A stretch of DNA of 64,000 nucleotides from the NCBI RefSeq assembly GCF_036321535.1, contig NC_087437.1, positions 67,830,001 through 67,894,000 on the forward strand, given 5' to 3'. This stretch comes from Camelus dromedarius (lineage: Eukaryota). The notes beneath the pieces are model-generated. The model saw only the letters and a list, made by a program, of their open reading frames with translations, ran no database searches and was not told the DNA's origin. A program made the translations under genes and the position numbers. This document shows, piece after piece, positions 1-13,340 of the stretch. How positions within the stretch are numbered: the first letter of the stretch is position 1; the number at the start of each line of letters is the position of its first letter.

Positions 1-59
1 GGGAACAGAGAAAGGATGTTCTGTGTTTGGGTTGTGGCATGGACTCTAGCCCGAGTAGA

Positions 60-235
60 GTTAAGGGTTGATGCTGGAGAGTACTGACAAAGAAGCCTGG
101 AGACTGGGGTGAACCTTGGATGCCAGGCTGAGCCATTTGTACTTGATCCTGAAAGAAATAAAGGGCCATTGATTGGTTCAGGAAGGAAGTAACATAAAGG
201 AAATGTTGCTTCTGGAAGACTAATTTGATGCCAAG
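60..235 (-). mobile_element. L2 LINE fragment (old)
   Basis: Purine-rich 'ccttggatgccaggctgagccatttgtacttgatcctgaaag...gggccattga...ggaaggaagtaacat' resembles antisense L2 3' region; boundaries approximate. Confidence 0.55.
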
Positions 236-1594
236 ATGCCTTTTGCATACATAATACTGAGTCAAATGCAAGCCATGCCTTTGTTTACTGCAAATTCCAA
301 GCTTCTCAGTTTTTCTGTATAAAATCTACAAATCCATGAGGCAAGAATGTAATTTGTAAAGTGCGTTGGTTCATTTCACGAGTGTATCTCTAGCATGTCA
401 TCTTAAGACACATACACACAGATGTGTGAGAGTCCTGTAGACTGGCTTTGACTAAAGGATCTATGTGAGTCTTAGGCATGTATGGTATTAGTAAAGCAGT
501 AAGGAGTTGTGTGTGTAATGTATAGTATGAAATATATGATGAGTAGGTAGTGAGGATAGCTTTTCCTAGATTGCTGGGTTTCCGATGTAGACCATCTGTT
601 TAGTTCTGTTCTTGTATAATATATGGTGAGAAAATATTGTTAAATAAACCTTGGCAACAGTGAAGAAACGTTGAAGTGCTTCCCATTGCATTCCAAAGAA
701 AAGCTTGCTTCTTTTACATTCTTAGAATGAGTGAAGCGACAGTTTTCCCTGATAGGGTTTAAAGGATCATTTGTATTTTTAAAAGTTTCTCATTATAAAT
801 TAATGTGTTCATTGTAGACAAATGAGGAAACACCGAAACGCACTGGGAAAATGAAAAATTAATCATACACTCAGTACTAGAGAAATCTGTTAACTTTTGG
901 TGGTTGTATACCATTCGAGACCTCCTCCTTCCCCCAGGCATAAATTACAAAATTAGGATCATGATTGAGATATACTCTGTGATTTACTCTTCTCTTTGAA
1001 CAGCATGTCATGAAATGTTTTTCTCTGTTATCAAATATTCACCTGCAACATCTTTGTAAATGGTTGCGTAGTGTCCCATACCATAATTTATTCATCAGTG
1101 CCCTATTGAATATAATTTTTGGTGAGCGCTTTTATTTTTAAAATAGGGAGATATTACATGATGCCATCCGCAATTAATTTGTTCTTGCTTCATGACCATA
1201 GTGGTTTTTAGCGAACTTAGGAAACTGACTAGCATATTAATCCAGTGTTATTTCATCTTTCAGAAAACCATGTTGATTTTCCCCTAATAGCTTATGTTTG
1301 GTTGCTTGTTCAGTGATACATCCTTGTTAATAGATCCCATGATCTCTCCATAAGTACCTGTGTGCTCACAACAATTTGCACTTTATGAAGTGCTTTTGCT
1401 TACATTAACTTGTTTGGGCCTCAGGAATACTCTGGGGGGAAGAAAGAAGGCTAAGAGCATCAGGCACCTGCAGTGTGAGGATTGCATATATGACTTCTTG
1501 TCCAGCACCTGGCAATGGAGTGAAAGCTCTGAAAATACTAATTGCTGTTGTTACTTGACAGTCATGGTCATGTTATCTCCTTGAATCTTTACTC

Positions 1595-1618
1595 TTTTTT
1601 TTTTTTTTTTTTTTTTTT
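1595..1618. repeat. poly(T) tract, 24 nt
   Basis: Directly visible. Confidence 0.95.
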
Positions 1619-1619
1619 G

Positions 1620-1725
1620 GTTAGGGATGATTATACCCCTTTTAAAGATGAGGAAACACACCTTACAAGGTTCAGTCATTTTAGTGAGATAAAATGCTAG
1701 TCAGTAGCATGGTGCTCCCCCTCTT
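1620..1725 (-). mobile_element. MIR SINE fragment
   Basis: 'attatacccct tttaaagatgaggaaacac' matches the antisense MIR core. Confidence 0.6.
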
Positions 1726-3277
1726 GGCCCAGCACTCCCCTCCACTGCACCTCCTCTAGTGCGGAGAAAGCAGCAGTTGTTTCAGGCTCTTCACTGGGAT
1801 TTGGCTTCATTATGAAAGGGAGTTTCACCTGGCTCCTCTCCGATGCCTGCCTGTGGGGAAATCTCTCTGGCAAATCTCAAGTTGTCTAGAATGTGGCAGT
1901 TTAAAAGCATAACTACATTGATCTACAGTCTCAAGGTCCCACCTTTGAGTTACTTTTAGAATTTGGAGATGGATACCATCCAGCAAGGATGACTCATCTA
2001 CATTTGGTTTGTCAATTTGTTTTTAAAGATCGCATGTCCAGCATCCTTTGCTCTGATGGTCCCTTTAAAATAGGAAGCAGGTAATGACCCTGAGATAGAC
2101 TGAGGCAAAAGATGTCGTTTCTTTGCTTTTACCTTGTTGCCCTGGGTATGCTTTCTCATTCCTGTGGCCAGGTGATGTATGTACTTGTCCTGATGCCCTC
2201 TCTTTGCTACACTTAAAGAAATTATATTAGGCTCTCTAGACTCTTGCATGCTTTTCCTTAGTTTCTTTGTTTAGACTCCTATAATTCCCGAGTTGCATTT
2301 GCAGTACCACATTTTGTGGCCTTGTTATTTAAAATCTATTTATATTTTGTACATACTTACTTTTGTGTTTCCTCTGCCTTTTAATATATCTTATACTTCA
2401 TTAGTTTGTAGCAAAGGACTTCTACAAGCTTTCTTTTTGGTCTTTCTCCCACTCTCCCTCCCTTCCTTCCTTTCTGGACTTACATTTAATCTAGGCTTTA
2501 AAGTGTTTCTAGAGAGCTTTAAGACATCTTATGGGTTATTTTTATCTGTAGTTTTTTTTTTTTTTCCTAATGATGTCATTTTGTCCCTGTTTTCTTTGCT
2601 AAAATAACAGTGTGATTGATCTCTTTGAATTTCCCTCTACCACCAGGATATAGGGTTGAGTCTTACACATGAATTAGCCTCAGTTGATTTCTGCAGCTAC
2701 TTTGTGTCAAGAGTCCTGCTCCCTGACCCAACACTCATCCTTCCTATTCATTCTAGAACTACCTGTCTCAGGGTGCAGTTCTAGGGCCTATCAAACGTGC
2801 AGTTTTTTAATCCTGTTTTTTTTTCTCCTAGTCTGCATTTAAATAGTCAAAAAGCTTCATTAGTATCTGTTTTTTAGTTTTCCAACTTAGTTTCATTGTC
2901 ATAATAAGGTAGAGTATTATATTTCCCAGTTGCATCATTTTAGTTATTTAGGTATAGAATTTCCAGCTACATTCAGTAAAATTAATATGTTTGTTTTTAA
3001 CACTAGTATACTTTATCTTATTTCTTGTTTCAAATGCTGTATCTTCTATGCATTAATTCTTCTCAAACATTCATAAGTATTTTTAGACTGTCTAATTTTG
3101 TGCATTCCCAGTGTCACTACTCCTGCTGTAGCTTCTGTTATCTCCTGTTCTAAGTGATTGCCACATACCCCTACCTGGGCTCATAGCAGTTTATTCCCTA
3201 CCTTTGGGCAGAGATGCCTTTAAGTCCTTTGACTAACCCATAGGTCAGTACGGTGTCAGGGAGAAGGCGAATATAAA

Positions 3278-3380
3278 GGTTTCCAGCTTTGGCTCTGCCA
3301 CACATGGTTTTAAGGCAAGTTGGTTAACATAACCTGATCTCGGTTTCATCATCTGAAAGGATTGGAAGAGAATATAACTA
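3278..3380 (+). mobile_element. MIR SINE fragment
   Basis: 'ggctctgccac...ggcaagttggttaac...ctcggtttcatcatctgaaa' is a MIR core. Confidence 0.6.
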
Positions 3381-4325
3381 GTGTTTTCCAATGCTCAGTT
3401 TTTGTTTTTTTTTTTTTTTGTAGTGTGTTTCAAATATAGTGAAGCCTTTGTCTGTATTTTTCTATAATGCTTATATGCATTGAAAGCAGGGTAAATTTTA
3501 ATTTATAATACAGTAAGGTAATTTCAAAGAGCCCACCAGCTGGTAAGGTGGACTTAATCATATCACTAGACAATAGCCTCTCAATCATAGGAGGGCAATA
3601 TAGGGAAACCTAGTCCCATTGATACCTACATTGATTTGAGTCAAACATCCTGCAATGTGTAAAGCTGTCCACAAAAAGAGCAAGTAGGTGAGAATGTGAA
3701 TGTTTTATGAAACCTATCATCCCTTTATGGCTCTCTCAAGAAATAGCCATAATAATAATAAGCAATATTTTCTCTGATCTGTCCTCTGATTTCAGAGATC
3801 TCTTATCTCCCTCAAATCCCTCTCCTGCAGATAGGAGGTCCCCAGAGCAGATAGGGCTTTGTAGATTTCACTTTATATACAATTCCAGACTGATCACTGT
3901 GACTCATGGAGAACTGTAGTCTTACAGATTCGGCGGTTTAGTGTGGGCTCAGTGAGAAAAAGCTGAGTGATTGGTTTGTGAGCAGGGTGAAAGGAGGAGG
4001 TTACAGAGTCTGCTCTGCACGTGTTCCCAGCTGTCGTCCTCAGTATCTTACACCCTACACTTGGTTACCTTCCATGGTCTCCAAGTCACTCCTGTTCAGA
4101 CCTCTTCCCTTACTCCTTCTGATTCATGTTTGCCTCACATGTATTCCAATAATTGATCACCTTGTTGAAATTGACAAAACACCTTCTCCCATTTGAACCA
4201 CATTTTGTGACTGGACCAAAGGTTGTCTTGACCTTTATTAGTTTGTGTTCAATTTTTCAGAAAAGTTGACTCTGTTATGAAAGTATCCCTTTCCAAATTT
4301 GATATCTTTATTGTTCAAAGCTATC

Positions 4326-4635
4326 ACATTTCAGTTATGCAAGATAAGTGAGTTCTAGAGCTCTCCTGTACAGCCTGGTGCCTACAGTTAACAATACTGT
4401 ATTGTGCTCTTAAAGTATTGAGGGTAGATCTCATGTTAAGTGTTCTTACCACAAAGCAAAACAAAACAAAGAGGCATGAGGTAATGGATGTATTCAGTAT
4501 CTTGACTGTGCTGATGAATAGGCATATGCATATGTCCAAACTCAACACATTGTATACATTAAAATTTTTTAGTTTTTTTGCATGTCGGTTACATTTCAGT
4601 GAAACTGTTTAAAAAAACAATAAAACAAAACAAAA
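4326..4635 (+). mobile_element. L1 3' UTR end (L1MB-like) with A-rich tail
   Basis: 'tttcagttatgcaagat...gagggtagatctcatgttaagtgttcttaccaca...tatgtccaaactca' followed by an A-rich tail. Confidence 0.85.
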
Positions 4636-5257
4636 ATGCACCCTCCCCAAACTGTCAACTTCCAAGCACCCAGAAGACTCAAGTATGAGTTTATGGAGCT
4701 GGGTTGGAGAGCATTTCATCATCAAAATCAGTTTTTTCTTCCAACAGTGTTGTCTCCCCAATTCTCATTCTTAAGTTTTTTCAGGTTTTGCAAACAATGT
4801 TCTTTCAGGGGTAAATTACTTCCTGTATAACTTTTCATTTACTTATGCAAATTAGCCCCTCTAGAAGTCCCATTACAGAGCATTAAACCTCTCTTCTAGA
4901 ACACAATAGTTCAGAGAATATTTCTGAAATGATGTCACGAAAGGAGAGCTCAGAATTGGCCTTTTCATAGATGAAAGGAGACAGTGCATTTTTAAACTAT
5001 TGTCTTTGATTTCTATTTAGAAATTCACTCTTCGTCCCCATGTGAGAAAAGGGTTAGGAATGGTCCCACTGTATTGGCCTCTTAAAACCAGCGTAGAATT
5101 CTAATAGCACAAGACCAGTTTACTTGGAATATAGTTGCTGGGAATAGAATAACATATTGTGGACAGAGGCTTCATGATACATGAAAGTCACAAAGGCTGA
5201 GCTCCAGTGAAGGACTCTGCAAAACAGGGCTGCACTATATTATCATCATCAAAATAC

Positions 5258-5860
5258 TTAATGGTTTAAGTGTATTAACTGATTTAATTCTACTACTACT
5301 GCTACTACCACTACTACTACTATTATTATTATCACATGATGGGTGAACAAAGTGAGGCATGGAGAAGTTTCAGTTGTCTAATGTCACATAGCTAAAAAGT
5401 AGAATTTTTTTAAATTGAAGTATAATCAGTTTACAATGTTGTGTTAATTTCTGGTGTACAGCACACTGTTTCAGTCATACATAAACATACATAGGTTCAT
5501 TTTCGTATCCTTTTTCATTATTATTACTACAAGGTATTGAATATAGTTCCCTGTGCTATACATAAGAAACTTAATGTTTATCTATTATATATATAGTAGT
5601 TAGTATCTGCAAATCTTAAATTCCCAATTTATCCCTTTCTACCCACTTCCCCCCTCCACTGTAACCATAAGTTTGTTCTCTATGTCTGTAAGTCTGTTTC
5701 TGTTTTGTAAATAAGTTCATTTCTGTCTTTTTTTTTTTTTTTTTTTTAGATTTCATGTATAAATGATACCATATGGTATTTTTCTTTCTCTTTATGGCTT
5801 TACTCAGAATTGGGTTTTGAACCTAGGTAGTTTGGCTCCAGAATCAACATGCTTAACAAT
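5258..5860 (-). mobile_element. MIR SINE, interrupted by an L1 insertion (5407-5805) and a (CTA)n/(TTA)n microsatellite
   Basis: 'gtgaggcatggagaagtt...gtcacatagctaaaaagt' resumes after the L1 as 'gggttttgaacctaggtagtttggctccaga'. Confidence 0.7.
5407..5805 (-). mobile_element. L1 3' UTR fragment (artiodactyl-type), 5'-truncated
   Basis: T-rich start, 'ttgaagtataatcagtttacaatgttgtgttaatttctggtgtacagc...tattgaatatagttccctgtgctatac'; short duplication AGAATT at 5401-5406 and 5806-5811; related copies at 33308-33660 and 60127-60345. Confidence 0.85.
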
Positions 5861-6619
5861 TATGTAAACTGCTTCAGAATAAAGAAGGGTGTTCGTATGG
5901 GAATAATGTTGTAAATAAATAAGGATTACTTATCCATCTTTCCAAGAATTCCCACACATGTGGTCATTATCTACTAATGAAGGTTCCAAATGGCCTTCAG
6001 ATTTTCTGGACTTTCATCCATGGCTCTACCTGAATTTTGTGTGCTGGGTTAACCAACACACTTGCTCTGGCAATGAGTCTCATTTAAATGAGCTCCATTA
6101 GATGTAAAGCCATTTGCAGAGATAGGTGGGAGAGATGGTGAAAATGGCAATGACAGTGATGGCCGTGATGCTGCGGAGGCTGGTGCAGTGTAGTGGTGAA
6201 GCCCCATGCAGCAAGTCAGCAACATTTACAGAGCAAAGCTCTAGAGAGGTAGCTTTTTAATACAAGGGCTCAGGTTTTAATACCAACTGCTACAGCAGAG
6301 AGAATATTTGATATTGTGAGAGAGAGAAAAATATGTATCTTTTGAGTAAATAGGGTCAGTCTTCTAGGCAGCATTTGGCCCAGCAGATTTTCTTTTTCTG
6401 ATAGAGAACAGAAATTGTCTAAAATTTTCCATCCATAGTAAGAAGACATTTCAGATGATGCTGTGGGAAAAAGGCATCCCTGTTTTATACACGCTGTATT
6501 GTAGAGGGCAATAGCAGAATACCCTTTACAATGTTCAGATTAAATAAGATCCATTACTTGTATTAAGACATGAAGATTACAGAAGTGGAAAGAAGTGAAT
6601 GAACTTGGAAAACTTTGGC

Positions 6620-6760
6620 TATTAATGCCAGAATTTTCTCATGTAAAAGAAGGTTAATATTGCCTACTTCATAGAGTTTTAAGAATATTAAATGTGATAA
6701 CATGTTTGAAAAACTGCAGCACATCATATAAATTTGGTATCTCTCATTGACGTTAAATAT
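6620..6760 (+). mobile_element. MIR SINE 3' part
   Basis: 'ttctcatgtaaaa...cctacttcatagagttttaagaatattaaatgtgataacatgt'. Confidence 0.6.
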
Positions 6761-7880
6761 GTGCATCATTTTGGCACAACATACATTTAGCAGTATTCTT
6801 TTTAAATTTAGAATTTTTGATTCTTCACTTGGACAAATGTTGCTAACAAGAATTTCTCTCCATTAATTCAACTTAGAAGATTGATGTGTAACCTTTCTTT
6901 CCTTTCCCCAATAAAGATGTACTTGGTTGTTTACAGTCCTGTCAAGGTTTATTCAACTCTGCCTCTTAGATTGTTTCTCCCAAGCCTCTGTTTTAAAAGG
7001 CTTTCCTTGCCTAGATGCTTGTAAACAAGTCTTGCCTGTCTGTCAGCAATCCGCAGCTCTGCCACTCTTTTTGAAGTTGGGCTTCAGTGGATCTTTGAAG
7101 GCTGACTCCATCCTCCTGGCTTGTGTAGGTCCCATGCCACCTCATCACATACCTGCTGCACATGGTATTCACTATCATTCTCTACACATGCCTTGCCTGG
7201 CAGGACCATGTGATTAGAAGCGTCACTTTTGGGCTGATACTACCGCCTTAGAGACCAAGTACCAAAAAGGAGCAGTCCAAACATTGCTGCCACATGGGGA
7301 GTAAGCTCCGTAATACTTGGAAGGCAAAGTTGTGCTTGGAAGTAGATGCCTCTCCCTTCTGGCTGAAGTTTTTTTTGTTGTTGTTTTGTTTTTTGGTAAA
7401 AACTTTTGATGGATTTCCTGCTGGAGGAATTAGCTGGCTGCTTCCTCTCATTCTAGGGTGAGATTCTTTTTCTCCTTCTGGCAAATCTTTAATAATGATG
7501 TCTTATTCTCTAGCAGGCCTCCTAGGACCACAGCCTACCAATACCTTTCCCCCTCAACATCTCATCTCTTCTTCTCATCTTCAAATGAGTTTTCATATTA
7601 CCTTTCAGCTACAAAGAGGACTTGATTTACTTATTAGCTAATTTTTCTGCCTCCAGACAAACTATCAGAACGGAAGTGCTATTTTTGACAATTTTAGTGA
7701 GAAACACCCCCTTGTTAGGTAGCAGCTGCTGCGAGATCCTGTAGTCTCCATTTCAGTATTGCATCAGGTATATTGTTCAGCAGATAATACAACTTTGGGA
7801 GGGTACTCATTGGTTATATATGACCAGTGTATGAAAATACAGGGTAAAATATGTTAAGGAGCAATCCAGAAGCCCTATGG

Positions 7881-8075
7881 CTAAAGTTCTTAAAGTGTGG
7901 TGCCTGGATCAGTGGCAAAGATGCCATCTGGGAACCTGTTGTGAATGCAAATCATCAGGCTCCACCTGAGACCTTATGAAGTCAAACTATGAAGGAAAAG
8001 CCCAGTAGTTCCACTTACCTGGTTTAACAATACTGCAAGGTGATTCTGCTGACGGCTAAAGTTTGAGAACCACTG
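7881..8075 (+). mobile_element. MER5A-like hAT-Charlie DNA transposon relic
   Basis: 'ttcttaaagtgtggtgcctgga...catctgggaacctgttgtgaatgcaaat...aaagtttgagaaccactg' terminus. Confidence 0.8.
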
Positions 8076-8294
8076 CCCTTTGGGATGAGGCACAAGACCT
8101 CAATTAATTAGCTCATGGTGGTGATGCTCAATGAAGACTCCCCTGTGCTAGATCTTCATGTATCTGCTAGAAAATGTAAAAGAAAGTTGGTGTGGATCAG
8201 TCTTTCTTCACTGCAGTCCAGATGTTGGAAGTTTTCTAGCAAAAAGGAATACTAAAATTTCCTCCATCAGAGAAATTGGAGATAAAAGTTAACA

Positions 8295-8694
8295 CTAGGT
8301 GCTGTAACAAATAACCATAGCCCTTCCCCACAATGTAGGAGAGGTTGAATACAATAGGAGTATGTGTCTCATAGTCCAAGGGAGTTTCAGGTCACCAGGA
8401 AGCCTCTGATCCTTACAGTTGTTGGGGACCCAGGCTGCTGATATTTCTGACAACCTTAACACATGACTTAAAAGATTGCCCCAGGAGTTGTATCCATAAA
8501 AAAAAAAGAATGAGTAAGCAAGGGACAAATTGATAGTGAATCCTGGAAGTGCTATGCATCACTTCTGATCATATTTCATTGAGTAGAAGTAAATCACATG
8601 GTTCTACCCCATGTAATGAACACTGGGAAATGTAGTCAGCCTGTTTCCTAGGAAGAAGAGGAAACATTTTGGTAAGTAGCAGTCTGTTTTGCAC
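8295..8694 (-). mobile_element. MLT1 (MaLR) solo LTR, old subfamily
   Basis: 'ctaggtgctgtaacaaata...ctggaagtg...catcacttctgatcatatttcattg...ctgggaaatgtagtc' is typical of MLT1K/L-like LTRs. Confidence 0.7.
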
Positions 8695-9184
8695 ATCTCT
8701 TTTGATCTTATTCAAAGGGGAACTTTATTTTCAAGTTATGATCTTATATAAGAAGTCTAAGAAAGAGTTCTCATTCTGTTATCTCCATAATTTTGCAAGT
8801 GACTTAGAGGCTATGGTGTTCTCACAGAAACACAAGAGGGACTGTTAAAAGCAGGACATGTACTGCTGAGTTGGTGGTTAAATTTCCCTATACTATGGAA
8901 ATTTGGACTTTTGATACCTGGTCCCTGATATCTGGACGTTGAATTGAATTGGTATATATCATATTTTGAAACTGATTTTTAGGTATCAGGTGAAAAATGC
9001 TCAAATATCAAATGTTTTAAACTAAAACATTGGAATCAGAGTCGGGAGACTTGAGGAGCTTATCAAAAAGGTACCAGTTTTTCTGCAGAAATTCCTTTCT
9101 TAGTAAGATAGTGGAGTTAGACTAGATAATTCTGATGGTCTCTTCCAGTGCTGAAATGTTAGGAGAGCAACTGCATTTTCTGTG

Positions 9185-9340
9185 CTTGAAATTATTTGTC
9201 AACTAACACTGAGTGCCATCTATGTTCAAGACATTGCACTCAGTGCTAGACAAACACTGGACCAAACTTCTGTCCTCAGGGAGCTCACAGTCTGTTGGTA
9301 ATGGAGATACCTATTTTAGCAGATAATTATTAAGCAGTGT
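9185..9340 (-). mobile_element. L2 3' end
   Basis: 'cactgagtgccatctatgttcaagacattgcact...tgtcctcagggagctcacagtct'. Confidence 0.7.
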
Positions 9341-10429
9341 AATATGCAAAATGATCTATATATTTAAAAACACTGATTTAGTAAAATTGAAAAAATCAAG
9401 GTATTGAAGAAATTATTGCCCTTTAATGAAAATCTTGGAGTTACTTTTGTTCTTGTTTGTATTTCAAATATTTTTTTCTTACTAAATATAGTTCACTCAG
9501 TTAAGTCACTAGTGTGTGAGACAGTAATCCAATGTTCTTTTTCTCAAAACACTAGTATATTAAAATATAATTCTTTAACAAATTCTACAATTCCATTAAA
9601 AAAATCAACCCTAAGCTAACTTAAATGAAGCTCAGCCATTCCATTTGGGTTGATTTTAACTGGCTACATGAGAAAGTGAAATTTGGAAGACAGCCAAATA
9701 GGATTTATAGAGATTCATATTGTGTCAGATTTTTCTGCTTTATATGGATGTTGTTATGTTCTGAGAAGAAATTTATAACTGCAATAGAAAACTGAATGAA
9801 TATTGATTATTTTTTAGTTACCAAAACTAATTGACATATAAAGCTTTGTAAATCCTTTTAGATGAGGATGGGTATAAATTAAAAACTAATTAAAGCAGAG
9901 GCTTATAAAGGCACCATCTCCAATTCAATGGGTTATACATTTTCGTTGTATATTAGGAAGATATTCCTTAGTCTCCCCACCCCAAAATCCTGCCAAACAA
10001 ACAAATCTTAGACATAAAAATCATTTCAACTGTTAAAGGCCAGTTTGTATGTGTTATCTTTCTTCAAAAGTAAATACAATCATTTTAACAAAATAAGATT
10101 TAAAGAACAGTTAGCTCAAAGAGAAGTGCCATGTAGAGACAACAGGACTGATCAGCTTCTTATCTGTAACCTCCATACTTACTGTTAACAAGCCTTTTAT
10201 CGTTAAGACAGTAAACATCTGGGATCTGAGCACTGACACCTATTAGTTATAGTAGTTTCCTTTTGCCTTTCTAGGCAGTCTGACAGATAAACCTCCAGGA
10301 ATCTCACAAAATTGGGCCCTTAACTGATCAAATGAATGGCTATCTCTTGTTTTCAGTCTAAATTGAAGTGTGATCCTGTGAAATGAGACAGTGTGCAGTG
10401 GAAGATATTCCAGCTTCAGCTCCACCAGT

Positions 10430-11180
10430 AACCATCAGTGTGACCTTACATTCTTTCCCAGTTCATTCCTCAAACAGGGACCTAAGTGATTTTTCTAAAA
10501 CTCACATCCATCTATTTCACCTCTTAAAAAAATTATTGAATAGATGGGAGGATAAAGGCAGCACTCTAGATTGGACATGTGATGCCCCTTGTCTTCTAGC
10601 CTCTTTCCTCCCACTTTCTTACCCTCTTTAAACTACAGCAGTACTGACAGCCTTCCATGCTAATGATATGTCCTCTATCATTTCAGTCTTGAAGTCCTTA
10701 CATCCCCATCCAGTTTTGGTGGTAATTTTATTCAACTTCAAACTTACCAGTACAACTAGCTTCCATGTAGCCTCCAAGACCAACAGATAGCTTCATGTAT
10801 TAATTCAGCAAACATTTGTTGAGCTGTTGCTCTATGCCAGGAAATGTTCTATACTTGGGATATTTGGTAGTGAAAGAGATTCCTGTTTCCTTTCTGCGGC
10901 TCACCATAGAAAGTGTAGGGTTAGATGAAGTAAGCAAATGAGTAACGTAATTTCATATAGAAATAGATACAGTCAAGAATATCAAACAGGATGATGAGTG
11001 TTGTGAGAGTATTGTGCCTGTGGTTCTTCTAGACTCTCCACATTGGGTTCTCCTAGAATTCAACGGTCACGTGCTTTTTATCTTAGCCTCCACATCCTCC
11101 CTGCCCCAGTTCCAGCATGGTTTCTAACACACTGGCCACACTGAGTGTATCTGGATGGATGGATGAATGACTGAATGTTA
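10430..11180. mobile_element. Composite of L2 fragments in both orientations
   Basis: 'attcagcaaacatttgttgagc...ctatgccagg' (minus 3' end, about 10800) and 'ccagcatggtttctaacac...ggatggatggatgaatgactgaatg' (plus 3' end). Confidence 0.55.
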
Positions 11181-11729
11181 ATATCTTCAGTTACTTAGGC
11201 TACAACTTCTTCATGCAAAAAAAATGAAGGCATTGAAGAAATGACTACTCAAGGCCCACCACCTTTGGGATTTTAGAAGTAGATAATCTACATTTTCTGA
11301 TGTTTTTATTCATTTGTAAAACTGAAAACGAGCTGGTTATTTTGACATTTATTGCAGAGTCGGAACTAAAGATAACATGATCTTAAAAATACCTTTTCAG
11401 CTGCCCTCCTGCTTGAAAAAAGTATCAGCAGATGGTATTTTCTGAAATTTTCCTGACTTTCCCAGATTCGCAGCTGGAGCCTATAGTCTTTTGAAATCTA
11501 TTTGTTAAACATTTTTGAAGGCTCTATGACTCTATTTTTTCGAATACTAAATGAACTAGAAATTACAATTCATACTCAGTGGCAGAATTGGAACTTTAAC
11601 GTATTTAAATTAAAATGATTTATATTCACTTTCAAACCAAATTTAATTAAAATGAAATAACTGGGTAACATTACTTTTATAAAAATGCATTAAATTATAC
11701 TATTGCATTAAAATATTTTATACATTTTG

Positions 11730-12900
11730 AATACAAACTGAAAAACAGAAGGAAAGATAATAAAATGACAGCATAAATTAATTGAAAACAGAAACATAAT
11801 GTAGAAAATCTTTGGATAAATTCACCATAATGGACAAATGTCTGGGAAGTTTAATTAAAAATAGAAAACAAAATATGCAACATTATAATGATAAAGGGGC
11901 TACAAATATTGATAAGGAGAAGATTAATAGCAAAGTAAAATTTGCTTTGTAGATCCCATTTGGATACATTTTAAATCCTAATAAATTGGATGAGTTATTA
12001 GGAAACTGTAATTATCAAAATTCACTAAAAGATTAAATGATAAATATTGAAAAAAATAAGAAAATACCAAATAATCCTCTTTCAATAAGTTCTTGCTCTG
12101 CATGGTTTTATAGGCAGTTTAATTGAAAATGCTAAGGTAAAGTTAATTCTCATATTAACTTTTTAAAAGCCCAGAAAAATAAAATTCTGGGTAAAACAAA
12201 CACTTCTACGTATTGTTATAAAATTAGATAGTGATGATGCCATCGGGATTCCAAAACTTTACAAATAGCAAAAAACCAAACAAACAAACAAAAAAACCAC
12301 AACATACAACAAAACCCCAAAATAACAACAAAAACTACAAAGTTACAAAAATTCTAAATAAAACAAATCAAATTCACCAATATATAAATGGAGGATATAA
12401 TTAGAAGTATTTGTTCTAGGAATGCATGCACAATTTAATGTGGAAAATTTTTCTTAGTTGGTTAAAGAAAACTGTTTACCTTGTCAAATCTCAATGTTAC
12501 TTGATGTCATTTAAAGCAATGTTATTATTAAACTCTTTACATTTTCTTGCAAGGAAAATCAATGACTAATATCACTCTTAATAGTGAAAACCTAGAAACA
12601 TTTTTATTAAATAAGAAATAAGGTGAAGGGGTTTACTATGAGAAATTTTGTTTGATGTCTTCCAGATTTTAGCTAGTAAGATACAGAGGCTGGGACTACT
12701 GGAAACGAAGAGACAAAATGATCTCTATTTCATAAAAGATGACTGTGTACATGGAAAACCTAAGAAAAGTCAACTATAAAAGATTGTTTAGAATTAATAA
12801 AATATTTTTGATATTTGACTATTTAAATAAAATAGACACTTAAAAAGCAGTACTTTTTCAACATGACAAAAAACCCAGGCAATATATATAAAGAAAAATA
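11730..12900 (+). mobile_element. Highly decayed L1 ORF2 region (L1M/L1ME-like)
   Basis: Very A-rich + strand with ORF2-like landmarks 'aatatcactcttaatagtgaaaacctagaaaca', 'gatgactgtgtacatggaaaacctaagaaa', 'ttagaattaataaa'; probably continues at 13360-13750. Confidence 0.65.
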
Positions 12901-13174
12901 GAATATATTTTTGATTATGGTGATAGACTGTACAGGATTAGCATCATTTACATGAATTACAAACTGTAGTGTGAGGCATACATCTTTGTTTTTACAACTG
13001 GAGGTAAGTCACTGTTCCATGAATCCTATAAATGTGTCAGTAGTTTCCAACTTATTTTGCAAATCTTGTGCCTTTTCCAACCAAATTTACAAATAGTTTC
13101 TTGATCTTTCCACAATTATTCTAAAATTAATTAAATCCATGGTTGAGGGTGAGAAAAGATGATAGACCTCGTAT

Positions 13175-13340
13175 GATACTGGACATGTCATGGCACAGGC
13201 CATGTTCTAAGCTTCATGTGTGTTAACTCATTTACTTCTCAGAGAAGCTCTGTGAGATACTTTTGTTAATCTGCATTTGCAGGTGAGGAAACTGAATATC
13301 CTGTGATTTCTCCAAGATTACTTAACTGGCATTAGGGATC
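13175..13340 (-). mobile_element. MIR SINE
   Basis: 'tgttctaagcttcatgtgtgttaactcattta...catttgcaggtgaggaaactga'. Confidence 0.75.

Noticed and set aside
9207..9245. Hairpin CACTGAGTGC...GCACTCAGTG as a miRNA
   Set aside because: It lies in an L2 3' end, which naturally forms a stem-loop, and it is too short for a pre-miRNA.
1925..11285. Similar 'ctcaagg.ccc.acctttg...ttttagaa' motifs near 1930 and 11250 as a novel dispersed repeat
   Set aside because: They are most simply explained as decayed MIR3/L3-type 3' tails.
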